The translations under genes and the position numbers were made by a program. Source: Candidatus Woesearchaeota archaeon (lineage in GTDB: Archaea; Nanobdellota; Nanobdellia; Pacearchaeales; GW2011-AR1). From it: a DNA stretch of 64,000 bases. The stretch is from positions 3,419 to 67,418 of the forward strand of contig CAZRAT010000001.1 of the NCBI GenBank assembly GCA_964598185.1, given 5' to 3'. The notes under the pieces are model-generated. The model ran no database searches. It had not been told where the DNA came from and saw only the letters and a program-made list of their open reading frames with translations. Shown here piece after piece: positions 47,879-55,869 of the stretch (the stretch's first letter is position 1; each line of letters opens with the position of its first letter).

Positions 47879-47986
47879 ATGAAATTAAAACTATTGGCTT
47901 TCAAGCGATTTCCATCGGAGGCTCTTGAAGAAATCGCATCACGGAACAAGAAGGGAAATCCAAAAAAACCGCTTAGGTTTTGTTGA
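47879..47986 (+). CDS. Upstream ORF/leader peptide (35 codons) encoded by the duplicated hairpin element; its TGA stop lies 1 nt before the aIF1A ATG
   Basis: ATG AAA TTA ... MKLKLLAFKRFPSEALEEIASRNKKGNPKKPLRFC*; about 82% nucleotide identity to the 5' end of the 35871 gene. Confidence 0.3.
   Translation: MKLKLLAFKRFPSEALEEIASRNKKGNPKKPLRFC
47905..47982 (+). repeat. Duplicated hairpin element, copy B (forms the uORF upstream of aIF1A)
   Basis: GCGATTTCCATCGGAGGCTCTTGAAGAAATCGCATCACGGAACAAGAAGGGAAATCCAAAAAAACCGCTTAGG; about 82% identical to copy A. Confidence 0.65.
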
Positions 47987-47987
47987 A

Positions 47988-48314
47988 ATGAAACCAAAAA
48001 AGTTTCTACCAAATCCAGACGAACCAAAAATTATGCGGGCTCCACTTCCAAGAGGCAGAGAAGTAATTGGAATAATTGAACAACGACTTGGAGGAAACAA
48101 AATGATGGTGAACTGCCTTGATGGAAAACAAAGAAACTGCCGGGTTCCAGGAAGATTAAAACGAAGACTCTGGCTTCGCCCAGAAGACGTTATAATTTTA
48201 GAACCTTGGGAACTTAACGACACAAAAGCAGACATTCTTCTCAAATACAAACCAAACCAAATAGCATGGTTAAAAAGAGAAGGTTATTTGAAGACTGAGA
48301 AAGAAGAGTTTTAA
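47988..48314 (+). CDS. eif1a: Translation initiation factor aIF1A
   Basis: 108 aa; EVIGIIEQRLGGNKMMVNCLDGKQRNCRVPGRLKRRLWLRPEDVIILEPW...KADILLKY matches the S1-like eIF1A fold; the start was moved from the track's TTG to the in-frame ATG. Confidence 0.8.
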   Translation: MKPKKFLPNPDEPKIMRAPLPRGREVIGIIEQRLGGNKMMVNCLDGKQRNCRVPGRLKRRLWLRPEDVIILEPWELNDTKADILLKYKPNQIAWLKREGYLKTEKEEF

Positions 48315-48379
48315 TTCAATACTAATATTCTTTATTTACTACAACAATTGATGAACTCCCTAACAAAAGGTTTTTATAC

Positions 48380-48661
48380 TTGTTGCCTATTCTTATTTAT
48401 ATGATACTTAGAGAAATTGTTTTAGGACAAACAGAAGAAAGTAAAAGAGATGCTATCCAAAAAAATTTAGGGAAACAAGTAATTCTTAACGATGACCATA
48501 ATGATTGGTGTCATGGAGTTTTATTAAACGACAAATACGATAATGAAGTTTATCAAATGAAAATTGCTGATGGCAGAGGACAAAGACAACTTCATTATCA
48601 CGATTTAAATCAAATGTTGGTTATATCAAATCATTCAGATTATAGAAGCCCTGAAATATAA
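48380..48661 (+). CDS. Hypothetical protein
   Basis: 93-aa ORF. Confidence 0.25.
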   Translation: MLPILIYMILREIVLGQTEESKRDAIQKNLGKQVILNDDHNDWCHGVLLNDKYDNEVYQMKIADGRGQRQLHYHDLNQMLVISNHSDYRSPEI

Positions 48662-48737
48662 TAGATTATCATTGTTTTCCAAAAGAGTATCTGGAATATA
48701 ACAAAAACCTTAAAACCTTTCTCTTCTTCTTTCTTCT

Positions 48738-49238
48738 ATGAAAATAATACTTTGTGAAAAACTCCCAAGAATAATAAAAAACAAAAAACGACTTGAAAAG
48801 CTCTTGAATGTAAAAATAAAAAATAGAGGAAAAGAAGTTTCTATTGAAGGAAAGCCAGAAAACGAATATGTTGCAGAAAAAGTTATTGATGCTTTGAATT
48901 ACGGGTTTCCATTTTCAAATGCCATTTTGATAAAAGAACAGAACGCAACATTTGAAATCCTAAACATAAAAGAGCACACAAAAAGAAAAGACCTTGAACG
49001 AATTAGAGCGAGAATAATCGGAACACAAGGGAAAACCCTCAAAACACTGCACGACTTAACAAAATGCAAATTTGAATTAAAAGATAATTATATTGGGATA
49101 ATCGGCGAACCAGAATATATTGAAAGCGCCCAAGACGCAATCATCTCAATAATTAAAGGTTCAAAGCAATCTAATGTTTACAATTTCTTAGAAAAACACC
49201 AAGTCAAAGAACCAATTGATTTGGGGTTAAAGAGATAA
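48738..49238 (+). CDS. KH-domain RNA-binding protein (Dim2/Pno1-like)
   Basis: 166 aa; KH GXXG loop in IIGTQGKTLKTL and a second degenerate KH. Confidence 0.45.
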   Translation: MKIILCEKLPRIIKNKKRLEKLLNVKIKNRGKEVSIEGKPENEYVAEKVIDALNYGFPFSNAILIKEQNATFEILNIKEHTKRKDLERIRARIIGTQGKTLKTLHDLTKCKFELKDNYIGIIGEPEYIESAQDAIISIIKGSKQSNVYNFLEKHQVKEPIDLGLKR

Positions 49239-49261
49239 ACTTTAAAAGTAAAAAAAATCTA

Positions 49262-49390
49262 ATTCTTTTATGTCCCGGTGGCTCAGTTGGTAGAGCGATC
49301 GGCTGTTAAGTACAAATCAAGATTTGTTCATTCCATAATCTTGAAATTACGGAAACCGATAGGTCGCTGGTTCGAGTCCAGCCCGGGACG
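49262..49390 (+). tRNA. tRNA-Asn (anticodon GTT) with a ~56-nt intron; followed by a T8 run
   Basis: GTCCCGG-TG-GCTCAGTTGGTAGAGC-G-ATCGG-CTGTTAA-[intron GTACAAATCAAG...GGAAA]-CCGAT-AGGTC-GCTGGTTCGAGTCCAGC-CCGGGAC-G. Confidence 0.8.
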
Positions 49391-49482
49391 TTTTTTTTCC
49401 AGATTGTAAATCTGGACGAGAACTTCGAGTCCGAGCGATTTCGTGGTAGAAGTATAATCCAACAGAAACTTCGTGCGAAGTC

Positions 49483-49503
49483 GTGAGCAAGCCCGGGACG
49501 TTT
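49483..49503 (+). repeat. Partial copy of the tRNA-Asn 3' end (GCCCGGGACGTTTT), about 100 nt downstream of the gene
   Basis: gagcaagcccgggacgttttct versus gene gagtccagcccgggacgtttttttt. Confidence 0.55.
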
Positions 49504-49560
49504 TCTAAATAGATACTCAAAAACAACTATTTATTTAAACTAAAACAAGCAATTTATTAA

Positions 49561-49998
49561 ATGGAACATGATAAAAATTATCCAACAAAATTTGATTTAA
49601 ATGATTTTTCCCTTTCAAGCTTTTTTGGTGCAATTCCAGTTTATTTAAATTTACAAAAGGAAGGAAAATTAACCAAAGAAGATTATTCTGCAATTATTCA
49701 TGCTTCAGAGATATTAAAAGAAAAATCAAGAGACTTTAGGATGAAGGAAAACTTTTTAGAAGAGATAATATTTTTCTGGGAACTTTATGGAAAAAAGGAA
49801 AATGAAAGCAAGATAGAAGTATCAAAAAAATTATTCGCAAATAGATTAATAATCTTAAGTGAAGAACTAGCAATAACCAAAGATTTACCAAAAAAAAGAA
49901 TTGAAGAATTAGAATATATTTGTTCCAATCTTTCTCAAAAAATAGGACAATATTGGGAGATCAAAAATCCTACAGGATTTAAAAGATATCAACACTAA
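49561..49998 (+). CDS. Hypothetical protein
   Basis: 145-aa ORF. Confidence 0.25.
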   Translation: MEHDKNYPTKFDLNDFSLSSFFGAIPVYLNLQKEGKLTKEDYSAIIHASEILKEKSRDFRMKENFLEEIIFFWELYGKKENESKIEVSKKLFANRLIILSEELAITKDLPKKRIEELEYICSNLSQKIGQYWEIKNPTGFKRYQH

Positions 49999-50028
49999 TT
50001 TTATAAACATCTTCTTCTTATACTAATT

Positions 50029-50583
50029 ATGAATCTAGACAAAGCAATCCAAAATAGACATAGTGTAAGAAGATTTACTTCTAAAAAACCAGACTGGAGA
50101 GACATCATAGAATGTATTGATTCTGTAAGATATGCTCCAATGGCAGGAAACATATTTAGTTTAAAATTCATTGTTGTCAGCGACAAGGAAAAAATTCAAA
50201 ACCTCGCAGATGCAGCACAACAATATTTTATTTCTCAAGCACAATATGTTGTAGTAGTTTGCACAAACCCTTCAAGGACAATTAATTCTTTCGAAGAGCA
50301 AGGAAAAAAATACTGCAAACAACAAGCAGGCGCCGCAATACAAAACTTTCTACTAAAAATACAAGAGTCAAAACTCGCAACCTGCTGGATTGGACATTTT
50401 GTTGAAGAACAAGTAAAAAGAGCCTTACAAATTCCAGAGAATATAAATGTTGAAGCAATATTACCAATAGGTTATGAATATGGAAAAACAGAAAACAAAA
50501 GAAAAATAGATTTTAACCAAATTCTTTATTTTGACAAATATGGAAATAAAAAAATGAACAAGATTAAAACCTTGGATGTTTAA
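50029..50583 (+). CDS. Nitroreductase-family protein
   Basis: 184 aa; N-terminal IQNRHSVRRF and a C-terminal FMN-binding core. Confidence 0.75.
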   Translation: MNLDKAIQNRHSVRRFTSKKPDWRDIIECIDSVRYAPMAGNIFSLKFIVVSDKEKIQNLADAAQQYFISQAQYVVVVCTNPSRTINSFEEQGKKYCKQQAGAAIQNFLLKIQESKLATCWIGHFVEEQVKRALQIPENINVEAILPIGYEYGKTENKRKIDFNQILYFDKYGNKKMNKIKTLDV

Positions 50584-50594
50584 AATTAATTTTT

Positions 50595-51032
50595 CTAAGA
50601 ATATAAAACAATTCCTTTAGTTATCTTTGCTGTAAGATTATAAAATAAACCTACGATAAGTCCTGAAAACCACCCCATAATCCCAAAAAGAATTGGGAAG
50701 ATAATTATAGAAAAAGGACTAATTAAAAAAGCCGCAATGCCTCCAACAGTTAATTGTTCAGGAAAAAGTAATAAAACTAATGTTACAAAAATGCCAACAA
50801 TAAGTCCAAAAAACAAATTCAAAACAGCAAACAAATTTGCAAGGGAAAGAACTCCAATTTTTTTAATAGTAACAGATTCTAATTGAACTGCTGATTTTTG
50901 AACCATAGATTTTTGAACAACTTGCTTTGGCTGAGAAACCTTTTTTTGAACCTCTTTTACCATTAAAACAAAAGTGATTCCTAATTTATAAATATTTCTA
51001 AAAAACAAAAACCCTGGGTTTCCCCAGGGCAT
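50595..51032 (-). CDS. Hypothetical membrane protein
   Basis: 145 aa; N-terminal soluble part and C-terminal helices. Confidence 0.3.
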   Translation of the reverse strand: MPWGNPGFLFFRNIYKLGITFVLMVKEVQKKVSQPKQVVQKSMVQKSAVQLESVTIKKIGVLSLANLFAVLNLFFGLIVGIFVTLVLLLFPEQLTVGGIAAFLISPFSIIIFPILFGIMGWFSGLIVGLFYNLTAKITKGIVLYS

Positions 51033-51041
51033 TAATAAAAA

Positions 51042-52163
51042 CTATCTTAAAAATTCTATACCTAAATCAGATATCTCCTTAGCCATAGGAAGTGCTTGTT
51101 CTTCAACAGACCTTCCCAAAACATAAGGCGACTTTACTCCGGTCATAATAGTTATCACTCGCACTTTACCAACAAAATCTTTGCTGATTCTCGCACCAAT
51201 AATAACCTGTGCATCAGGACTCAAATTCTCAGAAACAATTTTTCCAATCAAATCGAATTCCTCAAGCTTCAAATCAGGACCACCGGTTATATGTATTAAA
51301 GCTCCATTAGCCCCTCGATAATCCACATCAAGTAGAGGATGAGTCAAGGCTTGCTTTACAGATTCTGTTATACGATCCGCTGTATCTGATTCACCAATTC
51401 CAATCACAGCAACACCACCGCCTTTCATAATAGCAGAGACGTCAGCATAATCCAAATTAATCAAACTAGGTAAAGTAATTGTCTCAACAATTCCCTTTAT
51501 CATAACACTGATTAATTCATTAGCAACAGCAAAAGCTTGTTCAATAGGTAACTGTCCAGCAATATCGACAAGCCGGTTATTATCAAGAACTATGCACGTG
51601 TCTGTCACATCTCTTAGTTCCTGTAAACCAAATTCTGCCTTATCAATTCTTGATTTCTCTGATTCAAAGGGCATGGTCACAACTGAGATTACAACTGCAC
51701 CAGTTTCCTTAGCCAACTGCGCAATTACAGGTGCAGCACCTGTTCCTGTTCCACCACCTAAACCAGCAACAACAAAAACCATATCTGCTTGTCCAACAGC
51801 TTTCTTAATATCAACAATTGCTTCTTTTGCAGCCTCTCTTCCTCTTCTAGCATCTCCTCCAGCACCTAAACCTCTTGTCAATTCCTTTCCAATAAGAAGT
51901 TTCTCATCGGCCTTGGTAACACTTAAATGAAGCGCATCTGTATTTGCTGCATAAATTGTAGCACCTTGAATACCTTTATTAAAAAGCCATGTAACTGCAT
52001 TGCCACCCATTCCTCCAACACCAATAACTTTTATGTTTGCTTTCCCAGCTCTTAATTCATCAAAATTAATGCTGTGGGAATTTGTATTTTCGATTGCTTC
52101 TTTTGCAAAATCTAACACCATATTTTTTATACCTCCTTTCATCCATTTTAAAACCTCCAACAA
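51042..52163 (-). CDS. ftsZ: Cell division GTPase FtsZ
   Basis: 373 aa; GVGGMGGNAV and the tubulin signature GLGGGTGTGAAPV. Confidence 0.9.
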   Translation of the reverse strand: MLEVLKWMKGGIKNMVLDFAKEAIENTNSHSINFDELRAGKANIKVIGVGGMGGNAVTWLFNKGIQGATIYAANTDALHLSVTKADEKLLIGKELTRGLGAGGDARRGREAAKEAIVDIKKAVGQADMVFVVAGLGGGTGTGAAPVIAQLAKETGAVVISVVTMPFESEKSRIDKAEFGLQELRDVTDTCIVLDNNRLVDIAGQLPIEQAFAVANELISVMIKGIVETITLPSLINLDYADVSAIMKGGGVAVIGIGESDTADRITESVKQALTHPLLDVDYRGANGALIHITGGPDLKLEEFDLIGKIVSENLSPDAQVIIGARISKDFVGKVRVITIMTGVKSPYVLGRSVEEQALPMAKEISDLGIEFLR

Positions 52164-52379
52164 TTAAAATTGTTAAATGGAGAAATCTATGATTTCTCAC
52201 TTATTTTGTATAACTTTTCTACGAAAAGTTTAAATAGTTGGCATACTTCCAACTAATATCAAAAGAATTCAGAGGGAACACCTCTGTATGCATACAGATA
52301 ACATTAATCAACCGCCAAGTAAATTAATATTATAAAAAGACAAACTCATTCTCATTTAAATAATTTTATATTCTAGAAA

Positions 52380-52988
52380 CTATAAGATATCTTTCAATTT
52401 TTCAATCCTTCTCCAACTTTTTTTCAAATTTTCATTAGATTTCTTAACAATCAATTTCAAAAAATCATCATCAACTAAAATTTTACCCTCAGAAATAATT
52501 GGAAACTCAATTTTTTCAGTTCCTATTAATTCCAGAACAAATCTATCTCCCCCAGAAATAATCCCTCCTCGTTTAAAACCAACTGCTCTTGCCTTTTTCA
52601 AAAAATCCAAACTTTGCTCCAAACTTTCACAAGCAACATGCAAAATAACTGGCTCTTGTTTAAATTTGATATTGCCCTTAGTAAAAATCTTCGTAGAAGA
52701 TTTATCGGGGTACACGCGAAGTGTGTCAGATTTTTTTATTTTCTTCAATTCTTTTTTCACTTCTTCAAATGAAATCAAATCATGCCAAACATTTACAAAA
52801 AGTCCTGGGCTTTTTTTTATATTATCAACAATCAAAACAATTCTCCCAGAACACGAAGAAGTTGTATAAAAATTTTCCAAAGAATTAATCTTCTCGCACA
52901 AATTAACAATCTTCTTATCCCAATCTCCTTTAGAAGATTTATCTAATTTAGACAAAGTAGATTTTTTTTGTTGAACAAAACTTTTCAT
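52380..52988 (-). CDS. taw3: tRNA wybutosine/wyosine-synthesizing protein 3 (TYW3/Taw3); contains an in-frame copy of the 54-nt palindromic element
   Basis: 202 aa; signature FYTTSSCSGRIVL; the insert SDTLRVYPDKSSTKIFTKG is encoded by repeat 52672-52726. Confidence 0.7.
   Translation of the reverse strand: MKSFVQQKKSTLSKLDKSSKGDWDKKIVNLCEKINSLENFYTTSSCSGRIVLIVDNIKKSPGLFVNVWHDLISFEEVKKELKKIKKSDTLRVYPDKSSTKIFTKGNIKFKQEPVILHVACESLEQSLDFLKKARAVGFKRGGIISGGDRFVLELIGTEKIEFPIISEGKILVDDDFLKLIVKKSNENLKKSWRRIEKLKDIL
52672..52726 (-). repeat. Palindromic in-frame mini-element, copy 4, inside TYW3
   Basis: TTGCCCTTAGTAAAAATCTTCGTAGAAGATTTATCGGGGTACACGCGAAGTGTGT. Confidence 0.75.
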
Positions 52989-53012
52989 AAAAAAATTAAA
53001 CAGCCAGACTTT

Positions 53013-53729
53013 TTAATCTTTCACCAATATCTCACATTTAATATTTTCTTCCTCGCAAAGTTCCTTGAACTCTTGAGCATCTTCTTCTGTCCCCACTATA
53101 GAACCATAATGCATTGGAATAACCAAATCAGGTTTAATCAATTTCGCCGCCTCAACAGCCTCTTCTACACTCATTGTAAACCTTCCTCCAATAGGCAATA
53201 AAGCAATTAATTTTTTGCCATGTTGTTTATAACCTGTAAGTTTCTGCATTTCAGGAATAACATCTGTGTCTCCTGCATGATAAATTAACAAATTATTTAT
53301 TTTCAAAAAATACCCAACCCATAATTCTTCCTTGGGATGAAAAGGTTTATCAATATTATATGCAGGTAAAACAGAAATCTTTAGATTTCCAAAAATTAAC
53401 TCACTCCCTGGCTCAACAACATCCAATTTAATGGGCACCTCAAACCGCACAATCTTGCTCTGACAATCAGCAGTCAAAACAATCCGCGTCCCTTCCTTAA
53501 TAATTTTCTTAATATCCGCAACACTGCAATGGTCATAATGACTATGTGTCAACAAAATCAAATCTGCCTTCTCAGAATCTTCTTTAATATTATATGGATC
53601 AATGTAAATTATTTTGCCCTTAGTAAAAATCTTCGTAGAAGATTTATCGGGGTACGCCGGTGGTGTAGAATTCTTGATTAAAAACCCTGAATGCCCCAAC
53701 CATTTAAGCTCAAGATCATTAATTTGCAT
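53013..53729 (-). CDS. Metallo-beta-lactamase-fold hydrolase; contains an in-frame copy of the 54-nt palindromic element in the first beta-hairpin
   Basis: 238 aa; WLGHSGFLIK...THSHYDH; insert NSTPPAYPDKSSTKIFTKG falls between FLIK and KIIYIDP. Confidence 0.75.
   Translation of the reverse strand: MQINDLELKWLGHSGFLIKNSTPPAYPDKSSTKIFTKGKIIYIDPYNIKEDSEKADLILLTHSHYDHCSVADIKKIIKEGTRIVLTADCQSKIVRFEVPIKLDVVEPGSELIFGNLKISVLPAYNIDKPFHPKEELWVGYFLKINNLLIYHAGDTDVIPEMQKLTGYKQHGKKLIALLPIGGRFTMSVEEAVEAAKLIKPDLVIPMHYGSIVGTEEDAQEFKELCEEENIKCEILVKD
53613..53666 (-). repeat. Palindromic in-frame mini-element, copy 5, inside the MBL hydrolase gene
   Basis: TTTGCCCTTAGTAAAAATCTTCGTAGAAGATTTATCGGGGTACGCCGGTGGTGT; 42 nt identical to copy 4. 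Confidence 0.75.
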
Positions 53730-53761
53730 AAAATAAAAAATAGAAAATTCTTTTTAAGCTT

Positions 53762-54259
53762 TTAGTAATATTTTCCCCATTCTTGATTCTCACCAGTCTT
53801 TAATTTTTTATCTAACATTTCTAACTCTTCATAAATTCCCTCAATCAAATCAAAATTTTTTGCTTCTTCAAGTGTAACCCATCTATATTCTATCAGAGCA
53901 GGACACAACCTAATAACATCATTAATCGGTTCTGCCCAAAGACTAATTATTAAAGAAGGGATATTATCAGAACGAATATAAACCAAACTAGTCACATATT
54001 CCGGATTTTTAAAATTCAATCCAATTTCCTCCATAACTTCTTTTCTACACAAATCCTCGATAACATTATACCAATGTTCAGAAGTATCTTTTTTCTTCAA
54101 AGCATAATCCAAAACCTCAAGTTTTCCTCCAGGAACAGTCCATTTATTTGGAAAAGCCTTTTCCCAATCAGCACGCTTCGCAATCAAAAATTTTCTCTCT
54201 TTATTAACAAGAATTACTGTCGCAGTAACATAATGAACCTGGTTTTTATCATATTTCAT
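53762..54259 (-). CDS. NUDIX hydrolase
   Basis: 165 aa; extended Nudix box GGKLE...CRKEVMEEIGL. Confidence 0.7.
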   Translation of the reverse strand: MKYDKNQVHYVTATVILVNKERKFLIAKRADWEKAFPNKWTVPGGKLEVLDYALKKKDTSEHWYNVIEDLCRKEVMEEIGLNFKNPEYVTSLVYIRSDNIPSLIISLWAEPINDVIRLCPALIEYRWVTLEEAKNFDLIEGIYEELEMLDKKLKTGENQEWGKYY

Positions 54260-54346
54260 TCAAAATAACCTCCAAGAAATTTTGGATGAATGAAAAATTT
54301 TAATTTTACTTTCATACATTATTAAAAACAATTTATTTTTTAAAGA

Positions 54347-55168
54347 TTATTGTGATTGATTAACGTCCAACAAAATATAATCTCCAGAAAAACCTACATT
54401 GTAAATTTTTGTCTTTCCGATTTTTTTCATCCCTTTACTTTCATGCATATGCCCACAAAAAACATATTTCGGTTGATTTTTCTTAACATAATCCAAAATC
54501 ACTTTACTTCCAGCATGTTTTCCATACCAATCCTTAGGCCCATTTCTATTCATCATCCTATCTAAAATCCCATAAGGTGGCTGATGACAAACTAAAATAT
54601 CCAAATCCTTAAATCTCTTCAAAACTCTTTTAGCTTTTTCAGTCTCTTTTTTAGCCTCATTAATTCTTTTTTTATCTTTTTCTTTAAATTCTTTAATCCA
54701 ACAATTATCAATAAAATATTCTAAAAAACCTATCCTTAATCCATTAATATTTCTTAATTGGTTTTTAACAAGATAAACTCCCTCCATTTTATTAACCATG
54801 CCCAGAGTATAAGGTAATTTAATTCCATATTTTTCTGTATCCTTTTTTATTTGTGAAGCATTAGGGATTCCAACATTTCCTTGAAGAGTATAAACAGGTG
54901 CATGTTTTGATAAAGTTCTCAAGATTTTTATAGTAGAATTATGTATTTCCATATGGATTTTTTTTGCTTCTAATTTAGTAGTCTCTCTTTTTTCTAAACC
55001 TTGTCTTCTTCTTTCAACATTTTCAAAAGCTATCTTCCTTGCTAAATCAGCTTTTCCTAAATCTCCTGGAATAAAAATTAAATCTAAATTTTTAGGAATT
55101 TTTTTGGGCAAAACACCGTGTGGGTCTCCAATAATTAATATTTTCATTTTAATAAAAAATTTATACAA
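54347..55168 (-). CDS. Calcineurin-like metallophosphoesterase
   Basis: 273 aa; IIGDPHG, GDLG, GNVG, GHMHE. Confidence 0.7.
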   Translation of the reverse strand: MYKFFIKMKILIIGDPHGVLPKKIPKNLDLIFIPGDLGKADLARKIAFENVERRRQGLEKRETTKLEAKKIHMEIHNSTIKILRTLSKHAPVYTLQGNVGIPNASQIKKDTEKYGIKLPYTLGMVNKMEGVYLVKNQLRNINGLRIGFLEYFIDNCWIKEFKEKDKKRINEAKKETEKAKRVLKRFKDLDILVCHQPPYGILDRMMNRNGPKDWYGKHAGSKVILDYVKKNQPKYVFCGHMHESKGMKKIGKTKIYNVGFSGDYILLDVNQSQ

Positions 55169-55839
55169 TCTTCTGAGAATCTTAAGACACTTTGAAAACT
55201 TTTTAAGTTTATTTTTCTGCTCAAAATCTTCTCAGAATCCTCAGGAATTTTAATTTCTGGATAATTTTTTTTAAATTCAAGTAACAAATCTTCTTTCTTA
55301 TAAATATCAACATTAGAAAGCATTGCTCTCAAAATCGTTTTGAATAAAAAATTAACAGAATCTTTTTTAGTTTTGGTGTCTAAACAACTTCTTAACGCAA
55401 AATTTACTTCTAATATAATTTTGATAATTATCTGTTTATTAGAAATTTTAAAAGTATCCTTAAAAGGACTTTTTCCAAAAAGAATTTTTTTAGATTTATC
55501 TTGACATAGGTTATTAACTAAAAATGAATCTACACTTAATTTTAAATCTAAACCTTGAAAAGGTACTATCGAAATTTTATATTTTGCGTCCCTTAATCTA
55601 TTACCTGAAGCAATATCAAAAACAATTTCTTCATATTTATCCTCAAAATATTTAATTATTTGAAGTAATTTCTCATAATCTCCTGTAGAGAATATTAGTT
55701 TATTAGAAAACAAAATTAAATCAACATCATCAAAATTCTTTGAATAGGTAGACGAGCCAAATTGGATTATACTTTTAAGATTTAATTTTCTACTGCATTC
55801 ATCAACAAATTCTTTTAAGATATTGTTAAAAATTTTCAT
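55144..55839 (-). CDS. Minimal nucleotidyltransferase (Pol-beta/MNT superfamily)-like protein
   Basis: 231 aa; QFGSSTYSKNFDDVDLILF (GS...D-x-D); 25-nt overlap with the downstream phosphoesterase. Confidence 0.45.
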   Translation of the reverse strand: MKIFNNILKEFVDECSRKLNLKSIIQFGSSTYSKNFDDVDLILFSNKLIFSTGDYEKLLQIIKYFEDKYEEIVFDIASGNRLRDAKYKISIVPFQGLDLKLSVDSFLVNNLCQDKSKKILFGKSPFKDTFKISNKQIIIKIILEVNFALRSCLDTKTKKDSVNFLFKTILRAMLSNVDIYKKEDLLLEFKKNYPEIKIPEDSEKILSRKINLKSFQSVLRFSEDCINFLLK

Positions 55840-55869
55840 AATTAATTTAAAAGACTATCATTTAAAAAT

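Noticed and set aside
47925-47987. TTG-initiated N-terminal extension of aIF1A given in the ORF track
   Set aside because: The extension is encoded by the duplicated hairpin element in a different phase from the conserved uORF. An in-frame ATG at 47988 gives a protein of canonical aIF1A length, so the start was moved.
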